DNA of 64,000 bases from Deltaproteobacteria bacterium (GTDB taxonomy: Bacteria; Bdellovibrionota_C; UBA2361; OMII01): positions 9,147 to 73,146 of the forward strand of contig CANLJX010000002.1 of assembly GCA_947491545.1 (NCBI GenBank), written 5' to 3'. Position numbers and translations under genes: made by a program. Shown in pieces: positions 53,568-63,132 of the stretch (within the stretch, counting starts at the first letter, position 1; the number at the start of each line of letters is the position of its first letter). The notes under the pieces are model-generated. The model made no database searches and was not told where the DNA came from. It was given only the letters and a program-made list of their open reading frames with translations.

Positions 53568-54458
53568 TTACTCCCCCAACGCCTCCGCCATCTTTCCCAC
53601 CTCCGGCAACTCGCGCCTCTCCTTGATCCCATTCACCCAAGCCGCCGCGGTAGCTGAATCAAGTTGCCCGCTCTTTGTGGCTGAGACGATCGTCTTGAAG
53701 AGCGCCTCATCCGAAACTCCGAACTGCTTCATAATCGCGTTCACGTTGTCGCGCACATCCGCCAGGCTCTTGGCGTTGCTCAGTGCGGCATTCGCGAAGT
53801 AGCCGACGAAGTCCACGTGCACCTTCTGGTTCCCCTGGCTCATGAGAGCAATGACGGGGTTGAGCCACGAAACCGCGTATTTCGCGAAGGGATGATTGAA
53901 GTCGATCTCGAACGGGCGCCTCCCCCCGAATTCAGCCTTAGGACCGCCGTCGATTCCGACGTCGTACTTCGAGCCGTCGGCGAGCGCGATCTTGAAGCTT
54001 GAATCCAAGATTCCCCGTTCAACCAGGGCGCCGCGCACCTGGTCGCGCACAACTTGGTCCTTGTGTTTGCCGGTCTTGATGCTGCCGAGTAGGCCGCCGA
54101 CGAGTGAGCCGAGCGCTGCGCCGATTGCGGTGCCAACACCCGGCGCTATCATTGTCCCGATCGCAGCGCCGGCGGCAGCTCCGCTCGTCGCTCCGGCGGC
54201 GGGAGTGGACCTCCCCCACGACATCGCGATGTTTGCGATTCCAAGCACTCCGCCGACTATGGACATAGGAGCTGCCGCCGCTGAGACCGCTCCTGCCGAA
54301 GCCGAGACAGATGTGGTCGAAAGCGCCTGGGCCCCTAATCCGAGGGACGCCGGCAGTACCTGACCGACGAATTGGCGAGTTTTATCCTCTTTTGAAGCTC
54401 CAGCAGTGATGTCGGAGGCGGTGTTCTGTGGCGTAGCGATGGTGCTTGGAATGTTCAT
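53568..54458 (-). CDS. Hypothetical protein with glycine-zipper membrane segment
   Basis: GAAIGTMIAPGVGTAIGAALGSLVGGLLGS glycine-zipper run. No signal peptide. The C-terminal ~170 aa are unrecognised. Confidence 0.5.
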   Translation of the reverse strand: MNIPSTIATPQNTASDITAGASKEDKTRQFVGQVLPASLGLGAQALSTTSVSASAGAVSAAAAPMSIVGGVLGIANIAMSWGRSTPAAGATSGAAAGAAIGTMIAPGVGTAIGAALGSLVGGLLGSIKTGKHKDQVVRDQVRGALVERGILDSSFKIALADGSKYDVGIDGGPKAEFGGRRPFEIDFNHPFAKYAVSWLNPVIALMSQGNQKVHVDFVGYFANAALSNAKSLADVRDNVNAIMKQFGVSDEALFKTIVSATKSGQLDSATAAAWVNGIKERRELPEVGKMAEALGE

Positions 54459-54641
54459 GGGGGCTCCTTAAATACGTTGTGATTGTCGTGGGTTGTGCGC
54501 GGTTCGGCGATCTTCGATGGCGTTCCGGACCGCACAGAAAAGCTATTCGGAGGGGCGCTCCCTTTAGTTGTCTGGTGCCTCGATCTCCCTTAAGCCGGGG
54601 AATGGGGGTATCCTCCCGCCGTGTCGATCGTGGGGGTAGTT

Positions 54642-55178
54642 ATGCGACGATTCTCGGTAAGTGTGTTGAGCGTGGTCCTGTTTGCTGTTGGCGGGTGCAC
54701 TGACTCTTCTTATTACGATGGGAGCAGCACAACGGAGGTGGTCGAAATCTACTCCTCAGAGACCACCCTCAAGGTCAGCGAGGAAGATGTCTTCTACTTC
54801 GATTTCAACTTCGATGAGAACGACGTCTTCTTTGATAGTGGAATCGTCAACCTTGTGGTGGTGCTCCCACCGCAGCTTGGATACTTGCTCGATTCGGCGG
54901 AGATCAATGGACTCGGGGGAGATGATGTTTCGGTCATCCCGTACGTTACGCGCTGCCCGACAGGATTTACCTTTTTGCAGTTTAACCTCGATGACGAAGA
55001 TCTGGAGAGCGCGTACTCACCATCAACCGGAGTCGAGGCGCAGTTGACCATGACGCTGGTGGGCCGGCAGCGCAGCGACTACGTGTTGGTGGAAGCAGCT
55101 GCATCGATGGACTACATAGCGTTTGGATGCAACCAGGATTTCGACGCGGATACTGCTGAAGTTGTGATGGTCTATTAA
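54642..55178 (+). CDS. Acidic lipoprotein (hypothetical)
   Basis: ORF 54621..55178. MRRFSVSVLSVVLFAVGGC lipobox. Asp/Glu-rich mature protein. Confidence 0.55.
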   Translation: MRRFSVSVLSVVLFAVGGCTDSSYYDGSSTTEVVEIYSSETTLKVSEEDVFYFDFNFDENDVFFDSGIVNLVVVLPPQLGYLLDSAEINGLGGDDVSVIPYVTRCPTGFTFLQFNLDDEDLESAYSPSTGVEAQLTMTLVGRQRSDYVLVEAAASMDYIAFGCNQDFDADTAEVVMVY

Positions 55179-55191
55179 CCGAAAGGTCTCG

Positions 55192-56175
55192 ATGCGCTCC
55201 CTGATTCGCTCCGCCTCTTTGACGTTGCTGTCGGTCCTCTGGGGAGCGACGGTTGTGGCGGCCCAGGAGTTAATTCCGGGGGCGCCGTCAGACGGCGGAA
55301 ACCAGCAGCAGTTCGCCAACGAAGTGATTAACGAGTCAGTTAACACATCAACGCTCTTCGCCTCACAGGATATATTTTCAACTGGCAGGTTCTCCAAGCA
55401 CCGCATCGACCAGCCTGATACGCACTACGACACGTTGCGGATGCCTTTTGAAGTTGCGCTCGCCGAGAAGGGCGATCGTTGGCAGCCCTTTGTCTACGGC
55501 AGTGGCGCGCTGCTTAAAGTGACGTCGGGGCTCACCAAGCCGCCAGAAGCGATCGGAGAGGATGATTTTTCTACAACTCGGCTCTTTGCGCTCGCAGGAG
55601 GCTTAGGCTCGTACCTAAAAGTAAGTGATGACTTTAAGCTCGCTCTATCGTGTGCGGTGACGTTCTCTCACATGCGCAACAACTACGACTTCAACAACAG
55701 CTACAGCCAGGCGGTGCTGGAGCCAGACAACAACCTCTACTACAACTGGAACATGAACCTCTTCACCTATGCGCCCACGGGACGCGCGATCTACGAGTCG
55801 AAGTGGGGCGAGGGGACGGCGTACGCCATGCTTGCCTACAGCCAGCTCTTCAACAATTCAGTAAGCTCGTCGAGTCCGGCGATCGATATCGACTCTGCGA
55901 CCGGCATTTTGTGGAGCCGATTCTCGTACCAGCAGCCCACAGGAACAGAGGTTCTCAACACAGCCCTCGGGGTTCGCCCATTCTTTCAGTGGAGCAACAT
56001 CAGCGGGAAAGCCGCCAGCGGGCTCGACCTCGTGAACCTGTATGAGATGGGCGCTGACCTCGTGTTCGACTTTAAGGAGAAGTTCCTGCTCTTCTCGCAG
56101 ATGAACTGGGGAGGGAGCTACGTCACGGGGGACAGCTTCGAGGGATATCACTTGGGGTTTGGCGGGAAGTTCTAG
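55192..56175 (+). CDS. Putative outer-membrane beta-barrel protein
   Basis: Signal peptide MRSLIRSASLTLLSVLWGATVVAAQE. C-terminal ...GYHLGFGGKF with terminal Phe, an OMP sorting signature. 13 nt downstream of the lipoprotein gene. Confidence 0.6.
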   Translation: MRSLIRSASLTLLSVLWGATVVAAQELIPGAPSDGGNQQQFANEVINESVNTSTLFASQDIFSTGRFSKHRIDQPDTHYDTLRMPFEVALAEKGDRWQPFVYGSGALLKVTSGLTKPPEAIGEDDFSTTRLFALAGGLGSYLKVSDDFKLALSCAVTFSHMRNNYDFNNSYSQAVLEPDNNLYYNWNMNLFTYAPTGRAIYESKWGEGTAYAMLAYSQLFNNSVSSSSPAIDIDSATGILWSRFSYQQPTGTEVLNTALGVRPFFQWSNISGKAASGLDLVNLYEMGADLVFDFKEKFLLFSQMNWGGSYVTGDSFEGYHLGFGGKF

Positions 56176-56352
56176 TTCTCGCGACCTGGTGTTTTCTCGC
56201 GTTCGTTTCCCCTCGATCGTCTTTGAGATGGCAATTGCCTGGGGTGGGTGCAGCGGTGACGCTCTATCCCGTTCCCGTGGCGTTTCGGGGCTTCGAAGGT
56301 TAGAGGGGGTAATGGTGTTGCATCCGGGTCGGACGCCGCTTAACGTAGAGAG

Positions 56353-57060
56353 ATGAAAACTCTGCTCGTCACGGCGACAACTCTTGAGGTAGCGCCAGCC
56401 CTGCGAGAGCTCTTCCCAGGGATCGAGGTCTCGCCTGGCCCAGGAGTGCCGGGTACCCTGATCGAGTCAGGGGAGCTCGACTGCCTGGTGACGGGAGTAG
56501 GGCAGCTTCAGTGTGCTGCGCGGCTGGCAAAGCTTCTCGCGGAGCGACGGTACGGCGCTGCTATTCAGGCCGGGATAGCCGGCAGCTTCACGGACTCGCT
56601 TCCGAAACGGTCCGTTGTCGTCGTTGCTGAGGAGGCTCTCGCCGATCTCGGAGCTGAGAGCCAGGAAGGGTTCCTTGATCTCTTTGAGATGGGGCTCCTG
56701 GCTCCGGACGACCATCCCTTTAGCGCAGGGCGGCTGGTCGCTCCGCAACTTAATCTGCCTTCGATTGAGGGATTGCCACGCGCAAAGTCTGTCACCGTCA
56801 ACCGCGTGCTGAGCCAGCGGGAATCGATCGATTGGGTAGTGCAGCGCTTTCAGCCGCAGGTCGTAAATATGGAAGGGGGAGCGTTCTTCCTCTGTTGCGG
56901 ACAGGCAGGGTTGCCGTGCCTTGCGCTCCGCTCGATATCAGATTTCGTTGGCCCCCGAGACAAGAGCTCGTGGGATATTCCTGGCGCCGTTGCTGCGCTG
57001 AATGAAGTGCTGCTCCGCAGCATCCCTGAGCTTCGGGCGTCGGCTGGCGGCCTCGTCTAA
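56353..57060 (+). CDS. mqnB: Futalosine hydrolase / MTA-SAH-nucleosidase-family protein (MqnB-like)
   Basis: PNP_UDP_1-type pattern MKTLLVTATTLEV...VTGVGQLQCA...AGIAGSF...VNMEGGAFF. Confidence 0.55.
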   Translation: MKTLLVTATTLEVAPALRELFPGIEVSPGPGVPGTLIESGELDCLVTGVGQLQCAARLAKLLAERRYGAAIQAGIAGSFTDSLPKRSVVVVAEEALADLGAESQEGFLDLFEMGLLAPDDHPFSAGRLVAPQLNLPSIEGLPRAKSVTVNRVLSQRESIDWVVQRFQPQVVNMEGGAFFLCCGQAGLPCLALRSISDFVGPRDKSSWDIPGAVAALNEVLLRSIPELRASAGGLV

Positions 57061-57119
57061 AAAGTTCGTTCGCCTAACGACGTAGCAGCCTCCGACGAGG
57101 CACTAGCCATATCTATAGT

Positions 57120-57146
57120 GTTTTCGGCGCGAAAGCCGCCGAAAAC
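57120..57146. terminator. Hairpin between convergent mqnB-like and coaE genes (candidate bidirectional terminator)
   Basis: GTTTTCGGCG-cgaaagc-CGCCGAAAAC, a perfect 10-bp stem whose A/T ends give U-runs on either strand. Confidence 0.4.
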
Positions 57147-57205
57147 GAACAGCCCTAGCGCTGCCCTAAACGGCATCACGGTGAAGAAGCTTTTTTGGGG
57201 CAGCA

Positions 57206-57847
57206 CTAAGAGCGCCGGGCGAGCTGGCTAAAGAGCAGTCGCACGCGCGCCTCAAGCTCGCCAAACGTAGAGTCATTCTCGATCACGTAATCGCTGCGGC
57301 GTTTCTTCTCGTCGTCCGAGAGCTGCGCCTTCATCCGGGCGCGCACTGCCTCTGGTGACAAGCCGTCCCGTTCAGTTACGCGCTGCATTCGCGCCTCCTC
57401 CGGGGAGGTGACAAGCAGCACTTTTTTTACCTCTGGGTACTTCATCCCTGATTCAAAGAAGAGCGGCACCACGTACACGATCAAGTCGAGCATCGGGTTA
57501 CGCTTTAGGAGCTCAAGCTTTTCAAGCCACATCGTCCGCACAACCGGGTGTATGACGGACTCAACAAACTTGCGGCTAGCAGGATCGGTGAATACGATCG
57601 TGCCGAGCTTCTCGCGATCGAGCTGTCCGTCTTCCTCAAGGATCTGCTGTCCGAATTTCTCCGTGAGCGCCTGTAGCCCCGCTGTGCCAGGGGCCACGGC
57701 GGCCCGGGCGAGCTGGTCAGCATCAACTACGGAAGCACCCCACTTTTCGAAGAGCCGGGCCACACAAGATTTGCCTGAACCGATGCCGCCGGTTAGGGCG
57801 ACCACGTTCGGGGATTTGCGGGCTGGGGAGGCTGTCTTGCTCTTCAT
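57206..57847 (-). CDS. coaE: Dephospho-CoA kinase
   Basis: VVALTGGIGSGKSCVARLFEKWGASVVDADQLAR. Confidence 0.88.
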   Translation of the reverse strand: MKSKTASPARKSPNVVALTGGIGSGKSCVARLFEKWGASVVDADQLARAAVAPGTAGLQALTEKFGQQILEEDGQLDREKLGTIVFTDPASRKFVESVIHPVVRTMWLEKLELLKRNPMLDLIVYVVPLFFESGMKYPEVKKVLLVTSPEEARMQRVTERDGLSPEAVRARMKAQLSDDEKKRRSDYVIENDSTFGELEARVRLLFSQLARRS

Positions 57848-57984
57848 GCAGGGCTAAGAAGTACAACGATTGCGAGATGGGCGTAAGTCCCGTCGAGGTC
57901 CTGGGGCCCTCGGAAACCTCCTACTGTTGGGGCGCCTGGCCAGCTATCGAGGGAGGCTGCTGACTGTGAAGACTCAATTTTGGC

Positions 57985-58102
57985 ACAAAGAGTGCGGCGA
58001 GGGCGGTGAGGGGGAGTCGTCGCTCGGGGTGTTTGACCTCTGCGGAGCCTCCTAAAAACCTACCTAATCATTCCCCCTCGCCGTTCTCGCTGCTCTCTTT
58101 GT
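57985..58102. repeat. Family B palindromic element, copy B-3
   Basis: ACAAAGAGTGCGGCGAGGGCGGTGAGGGGGAG ... CATTCCCCCTCGCCGTTCTCGCTGCTCTCTTTGT. Confidence 0.8.
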
Positions 58103-58128
58103 TCACCCCAATTTTGCGAGGGTTCGCG

Positions 58129-58167
58129 GCCGGAACCCGGAGCCGGTGCCGTTCCCGGTGCCGGGGC
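58129..58167. repeat. Family C CCGG-rich GC repeat
   Basis: GCCGGAACCCGGAGCCGGTGCCGTTCCCGGTGCCGGGGC, next to repeat B-3. Confidence 0.6.
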
Positions 58168-58322
58168 ACGATTGCAGCCGTGGACAGCTTGATCGTTGCT
58201 CTCCCTGTGAATACGCACTCCCCTGACCCGTGCTTCGCCCCCCGGACCCCTGTTTTGTAAGGTGGTTGAGTTGCTGCCCCGTCAGGGCTAGAGTAGGAGC
58301 TCTCAACCTAAGGAATTCAGAC

Positions 58323-58931
58323 ATGCCAGAGAAGAAAGACGAAGAGCAGCAGCACGAGCAGAACGAGCCAGTAGCGGCCCACGAGCAGCTCCTTGAAGAG
58401 GAGCACGCTGCGCCTCAGCCACGTCGCAACGGTGATCACGACCAAGAGACATGGACCAACCAGCCGGCCGGAGCCAACGGTGCGCGCGAGGAGGAGCCGC
58501 TTGATGATATCGAGGACGAGGAAGAGGAGCATCAGCCAGCACCTCGCAAAGTGATCCAAAACGGCCGGGATGTGCTGTGCGAGGAGCTTCCGGAGAGGGC
58601 CCAGCGCGCGAAGCTGCGGCTTAAGCCCTATCTTTCTGGGGCGGTAGCGGTTGAGCTGACCAACTCTGGCGAGAGGTTCCTCTTTGACTGGCGCAGCGAT
58701 GACCCGAAGGTTACCCCGCTCACGAAGGAGTCGGCGGTGACGGTTGGAGAGGGGAGCGACCCCTCGCTGGTAGACTGCATCATCTCGCTAAGTGAGCAGA
58801 ACCTCATGGCCATTCGTTCCGGTGACCTTAACCCACAGGTGGCGATGCTTGCAGACAAGATCAAGGTCTCGGGCAAGGTTGGTCCGGCGGTGTACCTGTT
58901 CAACCTGGTTGCGCCCCGGGTCAGGACGTAA
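58323..58931 (+). CDS. SCP2 sterol-binding-domain protein with acidic disordered N-terminus
   Basis: ORF 58230..58931. Start at ATG 58323 (MPEKKDEEQQHEQ). C-terminal MAIRSGDLNPQVAMLADKIKVSGK SCP2 signature. Confidence 0.7.
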   Translation: MPEKKDEEQQHEQNEPVAAHEQLLEEEHAAPQPRRNGDHDQETWTNQPAGANGAREEEPLDDIEDEEEEHQPAPRKVIQNGRDVLCEELPERAQRAKLRLKPYLSGAVAVELTNSGERFLFDWRSDDPKVTPLTKESAVTVGEGSDPSLVDCIISLSEQNLMAIRSGDLNPQVAMLADKIKVSGKVGPAVYLFNLVAPRVRT

Positions 58932-59124
58932 GCTGGGTTAAAAGGGATGGCGCCAAGCGCCCCTGTATCCTGGCAGAGAGCCAGTTCAAGTCATTGAATA
59001 AAACGCCAGCGCATTGTATCTCTTTACCGGGCCGGAAGTGACCGTTTCTCTTTCCGTATTTTTCCCCCGGCACCGAGAGAGGCCCGTGAAGTCCCCGTTC
59101 AATGTAGCTTTTACCGCGTCCCTG

Positions 59125-60339
59125 ATGGTTTCTCCGGATGCCGAGCAGTCGAGCGTTGACCAGCTCCTAAGCCATGACTACCTCCGCCCTCTCAAGGAGC
59201 TGCAGCACCGTAGGCTGCTCGAGGGGAAGCCAGTTCTCGATCTCTCGATGGTCAACCCAGACCTTGCGCCGCCTCGAGCGGTGATCGATCGGCTTCTTGA
59301 GTCGGTAGGCAAGCCAAGTGCTCACCGATACTCCGTGTCGCGAGGTGTTCGGCGGCTGCGAGAGGCCTTCGCTGACAAGTACCTATCGAAGTTCGGTGTC
59401 TCGCTCGATCCTGAATCAGAAGTGTGCGTGTGTCTCGGCAGTAAAGATGCAACGTTCCACGCGCTGAGGGTTCTGACGCACCCTGGCGAGTCAGTAGTGG
59501 TTTCGGCTCCTGCCTACCCGGCGCACCTATCGGCAGTTGCGCTCGTTGGCGGGGTTGTGCGCGAGTGGCGCCCACTCTCTGATCCGCTGCTTGCTGCCAA
59601 GAGCCTAGCGCGCATGCTCGATGAGTCTCAGGCGCGGGTGGCGTTGCTTAACTTCCCGAGCAATCCTGCCGGAGCGGTCGTGTCAGCCGAGTGGTGGACA
59701 GAGGTCGGGCGGGTGTGTGCGCAGCGCGGGGTGGCGATCATCAATGACTTTGTGTACGGCGAGATGTGCTTCGACAGGAAGCCTGCTGCGAGTGCGCTGG
59801 CTGCGCGCGAGCAGGGCGCTCGCTGCGTGGAGGTGTACTCTCTCTCGAAAGCGTACAACGTCCCAGGCTGGCGCGTCGGTGCCCTGGTTGGGGATGACCG
59901 AATCGTGAAAGCGATATCGAGGCTCAAGTCGCATGCCGATTACGGCCTCTTCCTGCCGCTTCAGTACGCAGCCTCGGTTGCGCTCACTTCTAAGCAGGAT
60001 CTGGTGGAGCCGACTACGGTAGCCTACGAGCGTCGCCTGAGGGTGTTAGTGAGCGGGCTCTCGCGCTTGGGTTGGGAGGTCTCTGAGCCTAAAGCCGGTG
60101 CATGCGTTTGGGCGAGGTTTCCAGCGGCGCTAGCCGCCGCAGCGAAGGGTGACAGCTCGTTTGTGTCGGTACGTGTCGCTGAGCATCTCCTCGATCGCGC
60201 GGGTGTTGTTGTTGCTCCGGGCTGTGTCTTCGGAGAGAGCTTTGATGAGCATGTGCGATTCGCGGCCGTTTCAAGCGAAGAGCGGATGCGTGAAGTGGTG
60301 TCTTCCCTGGCTGCTCTGAGCAGCGCTAATTCCCAGTAA
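59125..60339 (+). CDS. Class I/II pyridoxal-phosphate-dependent aminotransferase
   Basis: ORF 59014..60339. Start at MVSPDAEQ. LSMVNPDLAPP, NFPSNPAG, and the PLP-Lys context YSLSKAYNVPGWRVG. Confidence 0.85.
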   Translation: MVSPDAEQSSVDQLLSHDYLRPLKELQHRRLLEGKPVLDLSMVNPDLAPPRAVIDRLLESVGKPSAHRYSVSRGVRRLREAFADKYLSKFGVSLDPESEVCVCLGSKDATFHALRVLTHPGESVVVSAPAYPAHLSAVALVGGVVREWRPLSDPLLAAKSLARMLDESQARVALLNFPSNPAGAVVSAEWWTEVGRVCAQRGVAIINDFVYGEMCFDRKPAASALAAREQGARCVEVYSLSKAYNVPGWRVGALVGDDRIVKAISRLKSHADYGLFLPLQYAASVALTSKQDLVEPTTVAYERRLRVLVSGLSRLGWEVSEPKAGACVWARFPAALAAAAKGDSSFVSVRVAEHLLDRAGVVVAPGCVFGESFDEHVRFAAVSSEERMREVVSSLAALSSANSQ

Positions 60340-60351
60340 GGAGAAGGTTGC

Positions 60352-61509
60352 ATGAAGGTCGCAAGTGGCGTGAGGGTGCGGGTGTGCGGAACGCTCCTCT
60401 CTGCATCGCTGCTCGTAGCCGTTCAGCAAGCCATCGCTGCAGAGCAGCCATGCGCCGAGGCTGCGCAGCTTGTAAAACGTGGAGTGGCGCTCGGTGATGG
60501 TTCACAGCAAGAGATAGAACTGTACCGCAGGGCCGAGGCGCTCTGTCCTCGCATGGCAGAGAGCCACTTCAACATAGGAGTTGCTTTTCAGCGTAAGGGG
60601 CAGCTAGGCGAGGCCGAGAGTGAGCTGCGTAGGGCGATAGCGCTCAAGGATGAGGATAATTTCCGAATTGGGTTGGCGGCAGTATTGCTGCAGAAGGGAG
60701 AGGTGTCCTCATCGCGTGAACAGTACGATCGGGTTCTTGAGCGCTCTCCGAAAAATGTAACGGCTCTTCAGGGGCTCGCCGTCATACTTGAGAAGCAGCA
60801 AAAGCTACACGAAGCCCTTGAGGCGTTGCAGAGAGCCGAGGCCGTGGAGCCAGCGAATCCTACTACTGTATTCAACGTAGGGGTGTTGCAAGAGAAGTTG
60901 AAGAGGGACGATGCCGCCGTAGCTGCGTACCGTCGGGCGGCGGATCTTCAGCCGAAGCACTTTCTAGCTAACTACCACCTGGGACTGCTGCTGCTAAAAA
61001 CCGGTTCACTCGCCGAAGCGCGACGGGTGCTCGAGCACGCTGCAGAGCTGAAGCCTGATGACAGCAGGGTTCAGCTCGCTTTGGCGGAGGCGTACGAACG
61101 CTCAGGTGACGTGGAGCGAGCCGGAAGTGCTCTGCGCCGAGTCGCGGTGCTTGCGCCATCCAATTTCTTCGCGCAGGCGAATCTCGGACTCTTCCTTCTT
61201 AGCCGCGGAGAATACCAGGAAGCGATCTCTCGCCTCACCGTCGCTTCTTCGCTCGACCCGAAGAGCTCCCGGGTGTGGAGTGCTCTCGGCCATGCGCAGC
61301 TCGAGGCTGGGAATGCTGCCGAGGCTGAGCGTAGCCTGCGTCAGGCCCTTGGCCTCGACCCGTCCAATGCGAGTGCACACAACAACTTAGGCGTGCTGCT
61401 AGATCGCACGGGCAAGACCGACGAGGCACGTCGGGAGTTTGCGCAGGCTCTGCAGTTGAATCCGCAGCTCGAAATAGCCCGCAAGAACCTAGAGACGGTT
61501 GGCGAGTAG
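60352..61509 (+). CDS. Secreted TPR-repeat protein
   Basis: Signal peptide plus about 9 consecutive 34-aa TPR units (AxxNLGxxLxxxGxxxEAxxxxxxALxLxP). Confidence 0.8.
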   Translation: MKVASGVRVRVCGTLLSASLLVAVQQAIAAEQPCAEAAQLVKRGVALGDGSQQEIELYRRAEALCPRMAESHFNIGVAFQRKGQLGEAESELRRAIALKDEDNFRIGLAAVLLQKGEVSSSREQYDRVLERSPKNVTALQGLAVILEKQQKLHEALEALQRAEAVEPANPTTVFNVGVLQEKLKRDDAAVAAYRRAADLQPKHFLANYHLGLLLLKTGSLAEARRVLEHAAELKPDDSRVQLALAEAYERSGDVERAGSALRRVAVLAPSNFFAQANLGLFLLSRGEYQEAISRLTVASSLDPKSSRVWSALGHAQLEAGNAAEAERSLRQALGLDPSNASAHNNLGVLLDRTGKTDEARREFAQALQLNPQLEIARKNLETVGE

Positions 61510-61896
61510 GGGTATTTAACGGGCCTCACGGGTTTGTTGTTGCTCCGAACTGCCCCGGAATCCCGCAGCCGTTACAATGTTTAGAAAATAGTAGTGCCAA
61601 CAGGTCGCGGCTCGAATCCCCTCGTTACCTGAGTAAAATGAGCTGGTTGGTGATTTTAACTTGCTTGTACTAGCAACCCCGTTTGTAACTCTCTCGGTAG
61701 TGCAGGGTCTGACACGTCCCTATACTCCCCCCTACCTCAAGGGACGTGTTTCGGATCACAGGTCGGAAGCTCGCTCCTGTAAGCCACGCCAGTAGGCGAA
61801 GGTTTGTGTGGCTTAGGGCGGGGAAAGTGTGGTGAACTTCAGTTCGGTCACCCGCAGTTCCAAAAGCCCCGAGGCTTGAAGTGTAGTGTGGGTTAG

Positions 61897-63036
61897 GTGC
61901 AGGTCATGTCAGCGGTACTAAAGTTAGTTCAACAGGCTCAGTTTGCGGAGCAAGTAGAGGTCAGCCTCGATAGCTCGTCAGCGAGCGGGCACTCTCTACA
62001 GTCCGCTCTCGCGTACCTGTCGCTTTGGCAGCCGTCGGTGCTGCGGTTGGTGATTGACCGGTTCTCCGCCAAGGGTGGGACAGTTCTCGACATGCACTGC
62101 TCAGCGGGCTCGACAGGTGTCGATGCGCTGTCTCTCGGGCGTCACTTCATCGGGTGCTCTAACGATCCAGCTCTGGTTAAGCTTGCTCGGGCTCGTGTTA
62201 ACCCAGCCGACCTCGCAGAGGTCGTTCTCCGGCTCCAGTTCATCAACTTGAAGCGTCCTGTAGACGTGCGCAGTTTTCAAGCTCCTTGGCCGCTTTACTT
62301 CGATGTCGATACGTACTGCGAGCTTATGAACCTCAAGCTCGCGCTGCGCGGCTCCAACGATAGGGTAGATGATTTCATGTCCTTTGTGGTGTCCGGTATA
62401 TTGCACGGACATACGGCTGCACACCTCACCGGCTATACATCTCCGCAGGCGGCTCTGACGCCAGAGGCGCAAGCCGCGTTGAACCGGAAGCGTTCGGAGG
62501 TTCCGTCGTATCGCGCGGTCAGCCCGCGCGTCATAAAGAAGGCTGCTTCGATTCTCAGAGATGGTATTCCTTCTCCGCTTCTTGACCGTGCGCTTGAACG
62601 TTCGGTCATATTCGCCGAGCCTAACAACCTCGAAGGGGTGAAGACGGCTTCGGTTGACCTTGCGCTTCTCTGCCCGGAGCAGCCGGGTGGCATTGGGCAC
62701 GGCCTCCGGTCCTGGCTCCGGTCTTGGTGGCTCGGCCTTTCGTTGCCAGCCGAGCGTGAGATGCCCTCGAGCGTTGAGGCCTGGCAGGACGGGATGAGTG
62801 AACAGCTTCTCGAAGCGGCTCGCGTTGTTCGCCGTGGTGGAAGGGCAGTGGTTAGAGTTGCCGGCGGCCGCCTCGGCACGAAGCCGGTCAACTACCGTGA
62901 GCAAGTTTCTGCAGTTCTTCAGTCCTGCATGCCTACCTACTGGCAGGTAGAGGGCACCATCGTAGAACGATACGCCAAGGGCGCTGGCTCAGGCCGAGAC
63001 ACGGCGGCAGAGCTGATTGTTCTCCGGCGTAAGTAG
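61897..63036 (+). CDS. Methyltransferase-like protein with degenerate catalytic motif
   Basis: Motif-I-like VLDMHCSAGSTGVDALSLGRHFIGCSNDP (compare VLDPFxGSGTT..A..LGR..IG.E). At the expected (D/N)PP(Y/F) position it reads DLALLCPEQPGG. The ATG at 61906 is an alternative start. Confidence 0.5.
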   Translation: MQVMSAVLKLVQQAQFAEQVEVSLDSSSASGHSLQSALAYLSLWQPSVLRLVIDRFSAKGGTVLDMHCSAGSTGVDALSLGRHFIGCSNDPALVKLARARVNPADLAEVVLRLQFINLKRPVDVRSFQAPWPLYFDVDTYCELMNLKLALRGSNDRVDDFMSFVVSGILHGHTAAHLTGYTSPQAALTPEAQAALNRKRSEVPSYRAVSPRVIKKAASILRDGIPSPLLDRALERSVIFAEPNNLEGVKTASVDLALLCPEQPGGIGHGLRSWLRSWWLGLSLPAEREMPSSVEAWQDGMSEQLLEAARVVRRGGRAVVRVAGGRLGTKPVNYREQVSAVLQSCMPTYWQVEGTIVERYAKGAGSGRDTAAELIVLRRK

Positions 63037-63132
63037 TAGCTTTTACGAAGCTATTGTAGTTCTCAATAAAGTGCCGCAGACCGAGAGGTTTCTGGTTCTT
63101 TGTGCCGATGCACCTCTAGGGGCAGGGCTTGC

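Noticed and set aside
61590-61625. GGTCGCGGCTCGAATCCCCTCG, which resembles a tRNA/tmRNA T arm
   Set aside because: The flanking bases cannot form a 5-bp T stem. No acceptor stem, tag-peptide reading frame or tmRNA 5' GGGG..TTCGAC element is nearby.
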